Assembly: GCA_963693365.1 (NCBI GenBank)
Contig: CAVNZM010000006.1
Span: 10,047,355 to 10,111,354, forward strand
DNA length: 64,000 nucleotides
From: Amoebidium appalachense
Lineage: Eukaryota; Protista; Ichthyosporea
Direction of reading: 5' to 3'
Shown here: positions 1 to 25,433 of the stretch, piece after piece
How the letters are laid out: the number at the start of each line of letters is the position of its first letter
Numbering within the stretch: position 1 is the stretch's first letter
Made by a program: the position numbers and the translations under genes
Notes under the pieces: model-generated
What the model was told of the DNA's origin: nothing
Database searches by the model: none
The model's input: only the letters and a program-made list of their open reading frames with translations

Positions 1-207
1 ATACGTGCAATACGTGTGGTGGTCCGTGTCCGTGTGACTTTACGTTGTTTCTGTGGCAAAACAGCACAGTTTTAGGGCCTTAATTTTGAAACGGGGAGGG
101 GGTAGTATGTAGTAACTTTCTTGGCGGGGGGAAGGGGGGGGGGGGGGGGGGGGGGGGGAGGGGGGGACCTACCCACCCCTGCGGCTAGCAGGGGGGAGGG
201 GAGGGGG

Positions 208-242
<35 letters not shown>

Positions 243-873
243 CACCTGAGTAGGTAATTTCCCCTTTCCCCCTTCCCCCCTCCCCCCCATCGACCCACCC
301 ACCCACCCCATAGGCTGCCAATATGTGAATATATCAGATCACCTGATCACTGATAGTACTACAATTTAGCAGTGATTTACTGTAACATAAGTTGCCAAAA
401 CGTAAACATTGATCATGTCGGCTAACTAATACTATAGTCCTTGATCTGCCTGAAACTCGGTTTATATGCCGCACTACGCGTACGATCATTCCTCCCCCCC
501 CTCCCCACCTTCCCCTTGCACTCACTCCAGCCGCCCCAGCGCAAGCAACGTGGCACACACGCACACACTTTAACACGTATTTAATTCAAAGGGGACCTGT
601 ACGTACACGCATGTATCACACACGGCGTACACAAGGTGCACAAAATTTGCGACGGGCACCCACACCCCGGCCGGTGCACATGTGACAGGACATTCACTGA
701 TTCAGAACATGCAGGTACACAAACCCACACCATACAAACATACCTTCTCCGCCACACAGATACACACACGAACACTGCGCGGTCAGCACAATAACTTTGC
801 CCCTAATAGTTCATTATTTAGAAATTGTTGGCCGTTGCATGTGTGTGTGTGTGTGTGTAAGTGTGTCTGTGTC

Positions 874-912
<39 letters not shown>

Positions 913-1547
913 CACGGTGTGTGTGCGCGTTGTGTGTGTGTGCGCGCGTGCGCGCACGTGCGTGCACGTGTGCACCTGCTTTAATCGGTAAATCACACTT
1001 GTGTAGACGAGCAGGGTGGCTGAGTCTCAAAGGGCCGGGGGAGGTTGAGGGGGGAGGATTTTTTTTTGGGGGGGGGGGGGAGGGGGGGGGGGGGGAGGGA
1101 TAAACTATTAGTACGTGTCAGTGTCAAAACCGGAAGCCATTCCTCCAGAAGGGAAAAAAAAAAATTAAAGAAAAAAAAAATAAAAAAATTAACGAATACA
1201 ACCTGCGGTGATTGGAAAACAGAGCCTCTGGCCATATTCGACGCGCACGCGGGGAGGGGGGAGGGGGGAGGGGGGAGACGTGGAACCTCCCCACTTGCCC
1301 AGGAGGTGGGTCCCTCCCCCCTCCCCCCCCCCTCCCCCCTCTCCCTCGGGGGGGCCACCCACCTCTGCGGCTACCTTGGGGAGGGTTGGGACCCACCCAC
1401 CCCCTGGCACTCCGCTTCCGAGGGAGGGCCGTACCACTAGAGGGGACCGTCAACATTTACCACTTCCCCCGGGCCCCCTCCGGATCCCATTTCAAATTCA
1501 AAAATCCCTAAGGGGCACCCAGTCTCACATGGCCCAGGCCCAGCTAG

Positions 1548-3128
1548 GGTGGAGGCACGAGACTTCGAGAAGGAGAAGGGAGAAGGTGTGTGTGACGTGT
1601 GTTTTGGGGGGGAGGGGCGGGCCGGGGGGGGGGGAGAGGGGGGGGGGGGGGTGTTGGAGTGCAGACTTACGCTCACTCCACAATATGTGTATGTTAGCTT
1701 TACAATTGGTTCCGTGTACACAGACACACGCTGACACTCGATCACCACATGCACATCTGCATAGTTGAGGAATGTTGCCAATTGTGTTTTGACTGCAAAC
1801 GATTGGTTCACTGGTCCCAGAGATCTCTAAATGAAAGTAACCAATCCGATTAGCGCCTGGCATCCGGATTACATTCCAGACTGCTGCCCCACGGGTATAT
1901 AAGCCACGTCTCTGCCAGGTGCAGACATGGAGTTCAGTCATGGAGTTCAGTCATGGAGTTCAGACATGGAGTTCAGTCATGGAGTTCAGTCATGGAGTTC
2001 AGTCATGGAGTTCAGTCATGGAGTTCAGTCATGGAGTTCAGTCATGGAGTTCAGTCATGGAGTTCAGTCATGGAGTTCAGTCATGGAGTTCAGTCATGGA
2101 GTTAACACACTGAAAGCAGTAAAAAACGGGTCAGCGCCCAAGCGCGCCACGACGACCCTAGTCACAGCGGACTCTACTTCCAACAGGGTTATGGGCCCAG
2201 ACACGACACCGCGGCCTCTAACTTCATTAGAGACTTTCGCTTCCACAAACTCCATCCGCAGCAGCCTGCGACATCAACGTCAAGTATTCCACTTCATTGG
2301 CGGGGCACGCACCACAGTGGAATGCACACCCCGGTCTACCCTGCAAGCAGCCACACTCACTCTCTCTTCTCTAGTGGTGTGTACACTTCTCCAATTGGGT
2401 AGGGGTGTTGGAGTGCAGACTTACGCTCACTCCACAATATGTGTATGTTAGCTTTACAATTGGTTCCGTGTACACAGACACACGCTGACACTCGATCACC
2501 ACATGCACATCTGCATAGTTGAGGAATGTTGCCAATTGTGTTTTGACTGCAAACGATTGGTTCACTGGTCCCAGAGATCTCTAAATGAAAGTAACCAATC
2601 CGATTAGCGCCTGGCATCCGGATTACATTCCAGACTGCTGCCCCACGGGTATATAAACCACGGCTCTGCCAGGTGCAGAAATGGAGTTCAGTCATGGAGT
2701 TCAGTGATGGAGTTAAGTCATGGAGTTAAGTCATGGAGTTCAGTCATGGAGTTAACACACTGAAAGCAGTAAAAAAAAACGGGTCAGCGCCCAAGCGCGC
2801 CACGACGACCCTAGTCACAGCGGACTCTACTTCCAACAGGGGGGGGGAGGGGGGCGGACCCGGGGGAGTAGGGGGGAGGGGAGCCGGAGGGGAGTGCACG
2901 TGGTGCAGTTAAAGTACCGTTATGTTTTTCCATTGACTGACTGCGGAATTATACACCGAGAACTGACATGAACAAACTGCCAAGTATTGCTGTAGTTGGT
3001 TAGTACAGGTGCCATGAGTGAGTTTTTTAAAGACGGCGTGGGTTACCAACAGGTCGGAAATGTGGCTTGAAACAAAGTTGGTCGATATCGAGGGCGGGGA
3101 GAGTGGCGGGGAGCTGATCATGAAGTGA
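1548..3128 (+). CDS. Possible last two exons of an unidentified gene entering from upstream (exons ~1548-1585 and 3009-3070/3128)
   Basis: ag|G-VEARDFEKEKGE-G|gt joins in matching phase 1 to cag|GT-AMSEFFK... It stops at 3070 as read, or at 3128 if one T of the T6 run is an error. No recognisable domain. Confidence 0.3.
1652..2185 (+). repeat. 5' LTR (534 bp) with TATA-like GTATATAAG (~1895) and ~14 copies of a 13-bp unit
   Basis: Direct repeat of 2406-2838 with 7-bp terminal inverted repeat TGTTGGA/TCCAACA. Confidence 0.92.
1926..2103 (+). repeat. 13-bp minisatellite (CATGGAGTTCAGT)n inside the LTR
   Basis: About 14 units in the 5' LTR versus 6 units in the 3' LTR (~2680-2753). Confidence 0.95.
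2187..2200 (+). other. Primer-binding site of the copia half-tRNAiMet type
   Basis: GGTTATGGGCCCAG lies 1 nt after the 5' LTR and matches the PBS known from Drosophila copia-like elements, which is complementary to the internal anticodon-arm region of initiator tRNA-Met. Confidence 0.85.
2406..2838 (+). repeat. 3' LTR (433 bp)
   Basis: Direct repeat of 1652-2185. The length difference equals 8 fewer 13-bp units plus 3 extra A. Confidence 0.92.
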
Positions 3129-3221
3129 TCAACTCTTGGTGTTTGGATCCACTCCGTGACAGCATGATTGGCCAAACTTTCCGCACACACATTGTGCACG
3201 CATCAAGGGTTATAAGTAAAG

Positions 3222-3262
<41 letters not shown>

Positions 3263-3270
3263 GGACAGGG

Positions 3271-3339
<69 letters not shown>

Positions 3340-4243
3340 TGAGAGAAGCAAACTTTAAGAATGAGGAGAAGAATTCTGGGAAGGGGGGGGGGGGGGGGAG
3401 GGGGGGGGAGGGGGGGGGGTAGAATTCATTACACTGTAGAGCACGAAGTAAGTACCAGAACACACTCCTACAGTAATATGCATATCTATGAGGCCTAGTA
3501 AGTCAATGGCCGGACAACATAATGCAGAGTGCTGACCACACAAAAGGTATGCACAACTAGATCAATAGAGCCTATCTTCAGGGGGACCCGGCCCAAGTCA
3601 TCCCGACCGTGCGCGGGGGGGGGGGGGGGGGGGGGGGGTCAGAAGCCTTTGCAGCGGCGCTAGCACCACCATGATGAGATAGGCATTCAATTATCCAGCC
3701 CATTTATAAATATATATCTAGAAACCAAAAAGAGAAGAGATATTGAAAGAGTATGTTCGGAGAGAAATCACTGCCCATAACAGACCACAGCCATTACATT
3801 CTCAATCATGTACAGACGAACGATGACCCAGGTGACACTGTTTCTGAATGTAATATTAGCTACAGGTACACACGATATTGCAGATATCATGAGCAAAAAA
3901 GGCAAACAGGGTAGCAATCCACAGGGAACTGGGTGTGTACGTGTGTATACTGGCGACCATATGACCAGGATACCATACAGTCTAGGTGCACTCCAAATGA
4001 TGGTGTCTCGAATATCAACTTTGCTTAATGTTGAAAGCAGAATATAAGCAAGCACATTCAGAATCTACTGTCGGTACTAGCTTACATAACCCGACTCGAA
4101 CAGTGTCACATACAGGCACAGTTCATAGCTCGTCGCCTAGGGGGATTCATTTACCCGCATATCCAGACTGGCACATATTACCATCTACAGTACAACCATA
4201 TCACCAGATCTAATATCTAGAACCCCCTTACATAACCGGAATC

Positions 4244-6500
4244 TCAGCTAAGAGACACCTCCTCGGTATCCTCCTCACCCTCCTGTGTTTGTTCCGTATC
4301 ATCCTTGCTGCCGCCCACCAACGGGGACCCATTACCCTCGGTCTTTGGCGAGTCATGGGGGGCCTTGGGTGACCCCACCAACCCAGAAACTGCAGCAGGA
4401 GGTGGGCTGGCTGGCTTTGCAATGGATGGGGACCGAGGGGTGGCGGCTACTTGTGGTTGCTTCTTGTCGTCAGCCACGATCTGTGGAGACGCAGGGGCAG
4501 GTGGTGGTGGGGTGGATATTTGTGCGACAACCGGGGATGCTGGGGTGGGTGCCGGGGCTGGTGCCGGGGTAAGTATAGGGGTGATGGGTGCGGTGTCATG
4601 CTCGTGGTCGGGCATGATGGTGGCTGGGGCATTGGGTGTGGGGGGCGCCACTGTGGCTGCGGCTGGGGAGGCGGCTACAGGGGCGGGGGCGGGTGTGGGG
4701 GGTTGCTGGGCATAGGCAAAAGGGGAGGTGATGGGCTGCAGCATGGCCTTGGAGGACGGCTGGTCGGTCAGCAGACTGCCGTCGCTGGAGCCCATGCTGA
4801 TGTGGGCCAGCTTCTGGGTCACGGTCTCGACCTTGGCTGCGGCCGTGCCGTCCATGCTGTGGTACACGTGGGGCACGTGGTGGTGCAGGTTGGCCCCCTG
4901 CGCCCCGTACTGGCTGTAGTAGCCCCCAGTCGGCGGTGGGCCCTGCGCATACATGGGGGGTGGTGCCGGTGCTGCGGAGGGTGGGCCGTATCCGGGGGGG
5001 TGCCGCATATGCACCGTAGCCGGGCTGGGCATACTGCTGGTAGGACGGCCCCTGGGGGGGGTAGCCTGCTGCCGCTGTGGCAGCAAGGGGTGCGGCCGAG
5101 TACGAGTCACTCTTGTGCATGCTGTCGTGTGAGTGCCCGTGGCTGTCCCCCCCGTGCCCGTGGTCGTGTCCGTGGTCGTGTCCGTGCCCGTGGTCATCCC
5201 CCCCGTGTGAGTGGTCGTGTCCGTGATCGTCCCCTCCATGTCCGTGGTCGTGCCCGTGGTCGTTGCATCCGGTTTCGTGGTCGTGTCCGTCGCTGTCTCC
5301 GTGCCCGTGCCCGTGCCCGTGGTCATGGCCGTGTGAGTCCCCACATGCACCGCCATCGTGTGAGTGTGCATGGCCACCGGGTGGGGGTGGGGGGGCATAG
5401 TAGCCGGGCTGGGCATATCCCCCATAGCCCACGTAGCCTCCATATTGCCCGGCAGCATAGCCCGGGTAGCCGGGCTGTGGGCCAGCTGCATATGGCTGTG
5501 GCGGGTACATGGAGGGGCTCTGGGCATAGGCCTGTAGTGCCCCGTATGCCCCGGCCTGGTCACAGATGTGTTAGAGGGAATCCTGACCCACTATAGATCA
5601 AACTGCTGGAAGACATGCCCCCAACCAGGGCAAGTACAGCCATGCTGGACTACTGGTTGGCTGACATGCACAGATTTACCAGACAAAAAGGGTGTACCAC
5701 ACCTACATTGCAAAACATGCCATATACAGGCATGCTCGCGCAAACACATGCACACACACAGACCAGAAGCACGTGCATGCCACCACACAAACACACACAC
5801 ACCCGCCTACAGCCATGCCCGGCCTTTGCCAATCCCCGACTATACCTCCCGATATATCCATTTCAGCAACATTCTGCAGTAATCATCACCCAGATAAACG
5901 CAGTAACACAACAAGCACCACTGTCCAAAAGACCCCCCCCCCCCCCCCCCCCCGGGGCCCTCCCCGCCCCCCAAGGATCTTTCACCACACCCACAAGCAC
6001 ACACCAAAAAACTACACCGCGTACCTGGTACTGCTGGTAGGCTGGGTCAGGCCCCACACCGTATGGAGGGATGGTGGGCAGAGTGACTGGTTTCTTGGTG
6101 GGGATGCGATGAAGTAGTCCCACACCCATGCTGCAGCCCGTACTGGGGGGATGCACGGCATCAGCTCATGTCCTTGGTGGCAATCATAAGAGAGCATGAA
6201 CATACTCCCGTGTGTGTGTGTGGGTGCCCCAATGTATGCAGGGTGAGCTTGGTATTGGGCAAGCCACTGTGTGACTGTCGGTGGCATAGAAAGAGAGAAA
6301 AAATAGAGAACGAAGTATGATCATAGCCACCAGCCCAGCACAGGTAAGCAAAACGTTTGTACTACCCCTGCATGGATTTTTCGCACTTTCTATATGGCTT
6401 GCTGTATCTGCTAACTAAAGGAGCAGAAGTTCATCAAGGAGGGGCTCTACTCCAAGTGTCTCTGGTGACCCTGGGAGCCTTATGATTGACCATCCCCCCA

Positions 6501-6546
<46 letters not shown>

Positions 6547-7149
6547 TAAAAATGCCCCTAGCAGAGCACCACACATCAACCCTACCCCATCCTAATCACG
6601 TCTGATAGCCAGTTGCACCCAATGTTTGATCACTAGGTGATCTCTGTGTGTGCGCACACGCTCCCTCGCTCAAGCATGTGTGAAGCAGAAGAATGGGGGG
6701 GGGGGGGGGGGGGGGAGGGAGGGAGGGTTGGGTGGATGCATGAAGGGACCTACCTTCCCTCGCCACCCCAGTCTCTGTCGGGCACAATGGTGACCTGTTA
6801 GGCAACAATACTGTCAGTGACTGACTAATATTCAGCAGCCAGCAACCATGCATCATTGTTACTCTGGGGGTGTTTGGAGCACATGCTGTGTGTGCATCCT
6901 CACAGGCATGACTAAGCATGCACCCACCTCTCTGCAGCTGTCTGTCTCTGAGTTGTAGACGTACAGGTGCAGGGGCTTCTTGTCGTGGGCCTCGATCACA
7001 TTGTACTGCGCCCAGGCCATGACGTAAGTGGCCACACACGCCACCCATTGCATCCCCCCCACCCCTCCCTCCCCCCCCCCCCCCCCTACACAAACACCCT
7101 TCCCAATCTACACAGACGTGTAGCAAAAATTACAGTAATAATCTCAACA

Positions 7150-7184
<35 letters not shown>

Positions 7185-7975
7185 TCCCCCCCCCCTTCTC
7201 CCCCCAAAAAGACATCACCACCACCAGGACCATCACCACCCGCACACACCGTACCCAGCCAAGACCCCCCCCCCCTCCCCCTTCCCCCGCTACCCTCATT
7301 TCTTCCCCCAAACATATTACAGATGTGCCTGTTCCCCGAAAGCCAAAACATACATGGTTGTAAACCAACATAGCCCCCCCCCCCCCCCCCCCCCCCCCCT
7401 CCCTCCCCCCCCCCCCCCCCCCCCCCCCCCCAACACACACACAAAAAGAAAAAAAAAGAAGAAAAAAAGGAAAGTAAAGAGAAAGGGGCAAAAAGGAAGG
7501 CGCACCAGGTCGCTTTGCTCGTACAGAATTGCATCTGCCGTGCCGATGATGTAGTCGGCCTCAGACCTCAGCCCGGCCATGGCAGCAGGCGAATTCGGGT
7601 GGATTTCCTGTGCATGGCCAGTCAGCATGCCATCCCCTATGATGTCACGTGACCACAGCGCACACCATTCCACCGCAATCATAGCCGAACATGGAAGTAA
7701 ACAGCAGCCTTCTACATTGGGGTTGAGCGGGGAACTCTAAGCACAATCAGCCAAGTGTCTGGTGGCCAACCAAGAAGACACGTGTCTAGGTAAACCTTTA
7801 TCTAACATGTGAATGTGGCACAAAGTCAGAGCCCAAGAATGCAGGCTGGTTTGCAGACCTGCATGGTCTGTTCAGTAGTGACGTGACTGGTGGCTGTGAT
7901 GGTAGGGTGTGTGTGTGTGCAGGGTTGGTGCCGCACGGTAGCTTAAAAGGAGGTGGGAGGGGCAAGGGGAGAACC

Positions 7976-8025
<50 letters not shown>

Positions 8026-8161
8026 GAGGGAAGGGGGGGGGCGGGGGGCGGGGGCGGGGGCGGGGGGAGAGGGAGAGGGAGAGGGAGGGGGAGAGGGAGG
8101 GGGAGGGAGGGGGAGAGGGAGGGGGGAGGGAGGGGGGGGGGAGAGAGAGAGAGAAAGCGAG

Positions 8162-8213
<52 letters not shown>

Positions 8214-8757
8214 TGACTCATTTGGTATAACGTGTGAGTGAGTAGATGTACGCCAAGTGATTGTGTGTGTGTGTGTGTGTGCGCGCACGTGTGCGTGCGT
8301 GCTTGGCCGCATGGACTGGTCTCATGTGTTTATTGGAAAGTGGGAGGAGGAAGTGGCGGTGGTGGTGGTGGTGGTGGTGGTTGGGGCGGAGGGGGGGGGG
8401 GGGGGGATGTAGCATTGTTGATGATGGTCGTGTCGGTGTTGGATGTCCGTGTGTGAAAGCAGCAGTTGGGGGGGGGAAAGAAGGGGGCGGGGGGTGGGAC
8501 GGGGGTTGGTGTAGGGGAGAGAGGGGGCTCACCAGAATATGCCACACATTCTCATTTGCCTTTTCAAAAGAGCAGAACCGGATGCTAACCCCTGCATAAA
8601 TTATTGTCGGTAAATGTGCAATATAAAATATTGAAGGCTAACACTTTGACCTCTCCCCCCCCCCCCCCCCCCCCCCTCCCCCTCTCTCTTCGAGTACTTT
8701 TCAAGTAGCAAAGCCACATTCATGCGGCACCAAGTCACCGCCTAAGGAAACCACTAT

Positions 8758-8792
<35 letters not shown>

Positions 8793-10263
8793 GGGCTCCC
8801 CCACCGCCACCAACGTTCACCCGTTCAGCCCCCTTCACCACCACACATATCCGCCCGTTTGTCCCCCTCTGCCCCCTCCCCCACCTCTCCTTCCCCTGAA
8901 AAAAATATTCCTAGCAATTTTGCTTTGGGGTTGTGGGCATACACCCACCACCACATATGCAATCGAATAACTCCAAGTGCTGGGTAGTATTTAAAAGCTC
9001 TACTAGAGGCAAAAGTCCAGTGTCCCCCCTTGACAATTATTCTCCAAGCCCTTGTCCCTTTGCCTAAATATGAAACCACGTATACAAACTACTGAGCATA
9101 AATAAAAACCCATCATACACGAGCTTCCACACAACACGCCAGCAGCTCGAAGGACCAGCCTACAGGAAATGCCTTCGTTCCCAGACAGATGTGCAAGAAG
9201 GATAAGTACTTACCAAGCAGACCGCCACCCCCCCACAAGTTACTTGGCACCAAGGTCAGCTCTGCACCACAACAGCCCCGTCAGCGATGCATCCAAACCT
9301 TACACCAGCCGGCCAATACATATATAACATCAAAGTAAGAGGCGGCAGAAATTAGACCCCAGTGTGTGGGTAAGTGGCAGTGGGAGGAACTGTGGGCAGG
9401 CCAGCGGGTGCAGGTGGATGAGCGAGGGAGAGGCAGGAAGTGCCGGGGGGAGGAGAAGAGGGGGAGGGGGGGGAGGGACAAGAAGAACCTGAAGACGTTG
9501 CAGCACGATCTAAAGCAGCTAATCTAAACACTCCAGAAGCAGCCCGCATCATAAAAACTTGCACTTGGGCCCAGTCAAAGCATCACCACACCGTTTTTCA
9601 CACCTGCTGGCCTACGCACCTCGTGTTGCGTCCGTCCTGCTGTTGTAGACTATCATGGGTATGGGCCGACCCACGTTTGCCTGCAGCTGCTCCACAAGCG
9701 TGGAGTCCTCCTTGTCCTGTGCCCTGCCGTCAGTCCCCACACACAGAGTTCCAGCAGCGTCATGTGTAGCCTTGACACTTAAATAACCTACTGTTGAAGA
9801 TGCAGCCCTCGGGTCAAACGAGAGCACCGTACTGGCTGACTCAGAGTGGATGGACAACTATGCCTTCGAGCTTCCTCTCTTCCCCCTTCCTTTCCCCTCA
9901 GCTGCCCAGGCTCTAGCTCCTCCATAGTTACAAGCCTTGCAGTACTTATGCTTATATTCCTCTTTCACAGTAGCATTTAGCAACTCAAAGCATCAACACT
10001 CATCCAATAACCAGCAGCACTGCTTTTCAGCTCTCTCCCAGCCCTAAACACACACCAACAATAGCACGCCGGCATCACAAGCAGAACACCAAAAGCACAA
10101 AAGCAAACGGGTGCATTACCAGGCGGCAGTTATTTAGGGCCACTATGTAGTCGAAGAACGGCTGCAGACCAGCAAGCTCGCCTGGCGACCCCTCCTGGAC
10201 CTTCAAAACATGGTAGCCAAAACAATTGCCGTCAGGGAGCGGCGTTGACTGCTCGGCCCCCAT
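4244..10263 (-). CDS. GORASP2: Golgi reassembly-stacking protein (GRASP55/65 family). Exons ~10263-10120, 9716-9620, 9261-9213, 8592-8533, 7607-7506, 7005-6928, 6794-6754, 6142-6025, 5555-4244
   Basis: N-myristoylation start [114 protein letters not shown]. These are the two GRASP PDZ domains, followed by a Pro/His-rich tail. One +1 frameshift in the G7 run at 4994-5000 is probably a sequencing error. Confidence 0.93.
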
Positions 10264-11015
10264 GTTTGCCCGTCCTGCAGCAAAATACTGAGCTCAGTGG
10301 TTCTTTGAATCTTCAAAGACAGAGGAGCTAGAGAACAAAACGGGCGGCGGGTGCTCCGACATAAAATCCAAACACTAACCCAGGGGCCTTGGATCCCTGC
10401 AGTAAGGACAGTGGATCCCTGACGCTTCAGAAGGCATGCACTTTGACTGCGTTTGAGGCTTATGACTGTCCCAATCCTTGCTCATTGTTTCCACTACACA
10501 CTGTACACTTACTGGTTGCTGACGCCGGGTAGCAAACACGCCAGAAAGCTGGACCCCTTTTGCCCTTCGATGAAACAATCAACTTTGACTGTCTTAGTAG
10601 TAGTAACTCTTGGTCCAGGAAGTTGGCTATTTGTGTTGTCAAGAGGCAACTCTGTGTGCTAAAGATAGCTACAGGCAATGTTTGTGTTACTAAGATTAGT
10701 AACGGGCCTGAGCCGTGACAACCAAATTTTTAGGTGCTGGGCGCTGATTGGTGCTACTTAGTTGCGGGGGGGCCCAATCAGATTGATGATTATTAGTCTC
10801 ACCCAAAAGGTGCATGCAGGGTGAGCATATTTACTATGTAAAGCTCCCTTAAGAGAGCTTCTTTTTTTTGTTTTATAAACAATATCAAATGCTATATACT
10901 CAATTTAGACAGTAATATGTTGGGCTAGCTAAGGCTACGTGACTCAGATAAACTCCTGCGCAGTGGCGCACCCCATCTTACATCTATGACGTAGTTATCT
11001 TCTTTTACAATCAAG
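10264..11015. promoter_or_regulatory. Probable bidirectional promoter between GRASP and the SETD2-like gene
   Basis: Microsatellite-free region between divergent genes with oppositely oriented CCAAT boxes (CTGATTGG ~10744, CCAATCAG ~10774). Confidence 0.45.
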
Positions 11016-11885
11016 ATGACGGACTTTTGTGACGATAATATTTTTAGATTATTCTTTAGCTGTCTTGGTGGCGCACACGCGAAGGTGGAACACAACTTGT
11101 TCAAGAGTATGGAGTGGCTGTTTGCACACCAGTTTTCAATCCTTGCTTTCAGTGTGCATCTACTAGAAAAAGTGGCACAACCCGTAAAAGATTCAGGCTC
11201 GGAAACAGGAGGTAGATAGGCAGTTTTCATCGCCTGAGGCAGTTTTCATCTTCTGCTTTGAAACTGATTTGTTACCGTTGTTCGTTAGGGCAACGCAGAT
11301 ATTCAGACTCGGCTGGAAGATGTATTCAGACGGGGAGCAGAGGGGCGGCTTAGGCCGTAACATCTATGTAAGTGGAAGGGAGGGAGTAACGCCTCAAAAG
11401 CTGCCCTTTGGACTGGACCTCTGCCGTGACCTTCCACCAAGTATGTTTTGCTGTGAACACACAATCCTACCCTGATGCACCATGCTAGTATTTGCAGTCG
11501 TTGAGCCGCATTTGGCGCTGACGTGTTTTAGCACTGCGCATTTTCAGTTCTCTGGAGTCCAATTCTAGTTAGATACAACTCAAGATCAGTTCTGTTCTCC
11601 TTCGTTCTACAGCCTTGTGCCAAAAAGTGCACATGATTTGGCCCCTTGATGTACAAACATCACCCTTTTTAAACATAGAAACGTGCATAAACACCACCTC
11701 ACAAGCTCAACACTATGAGGGTTTCAGTCACAAGTCACAGTTTGTGCGTGCACATACCCCGAAATAGCCTTTAGATAGAAGCAGTAACCCCTCCGCCACG
11801 TCTTTCTCAATTCTCCCCACTCACCCCCCCCCCCCCCCCCCCCCCCAACCACCCTTTGCACACTCACCTCACATATAAAAAACAG

Positions 11886-25433
<13,548 letters not shown>

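Larger units (their letters stand above)
1652..2838 (+). mobile_element. Non-autonomous Ty1/Copia-type LTR element (TRIM)
   Basis: Two near-identical LTRs (1652-2185, 2406-2838), each TGTTGGA...TCCAACA. PBS GGTTATGGGCCCAG at 2187-2200, purine tract GGGTAGGGG at 2397-2405, 220-bp interior without gag/pol, GGGGG on both flanks (5-bp TSD). Confidence 0.92.

Noticed and set aside
1926-2103. CRISPR-like regular repeat array
   Set aside because: Head-to-tail 13-bp units with no unique spacers, no cas genes, and located within a eukaryotic LTR. The 33-bp array fails for the same lack of spacers.
4994-5000. Programmed frameshift or pseudogenisation in GRASP (similarly LicD ~28258 and the transposase runs)
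   Set aside because: Single-base shifts, mostly in homopolymers, in a homopolymer-rich assembly are most simply sequencing errors. Reads are needed.
4451-5596. 381-aa plus-strand ORF
   Set aside because: Antisense shadow of the GC-rich last GRASP exon.
11016-11660. 5' exons of the SETD2-like gene (ATG 11016, exon ending GRNIY at 11367, acceptor 11612)
   Set aside because: I could not join them in a stop-free, phase-consistent way, so the start is left unresolved.
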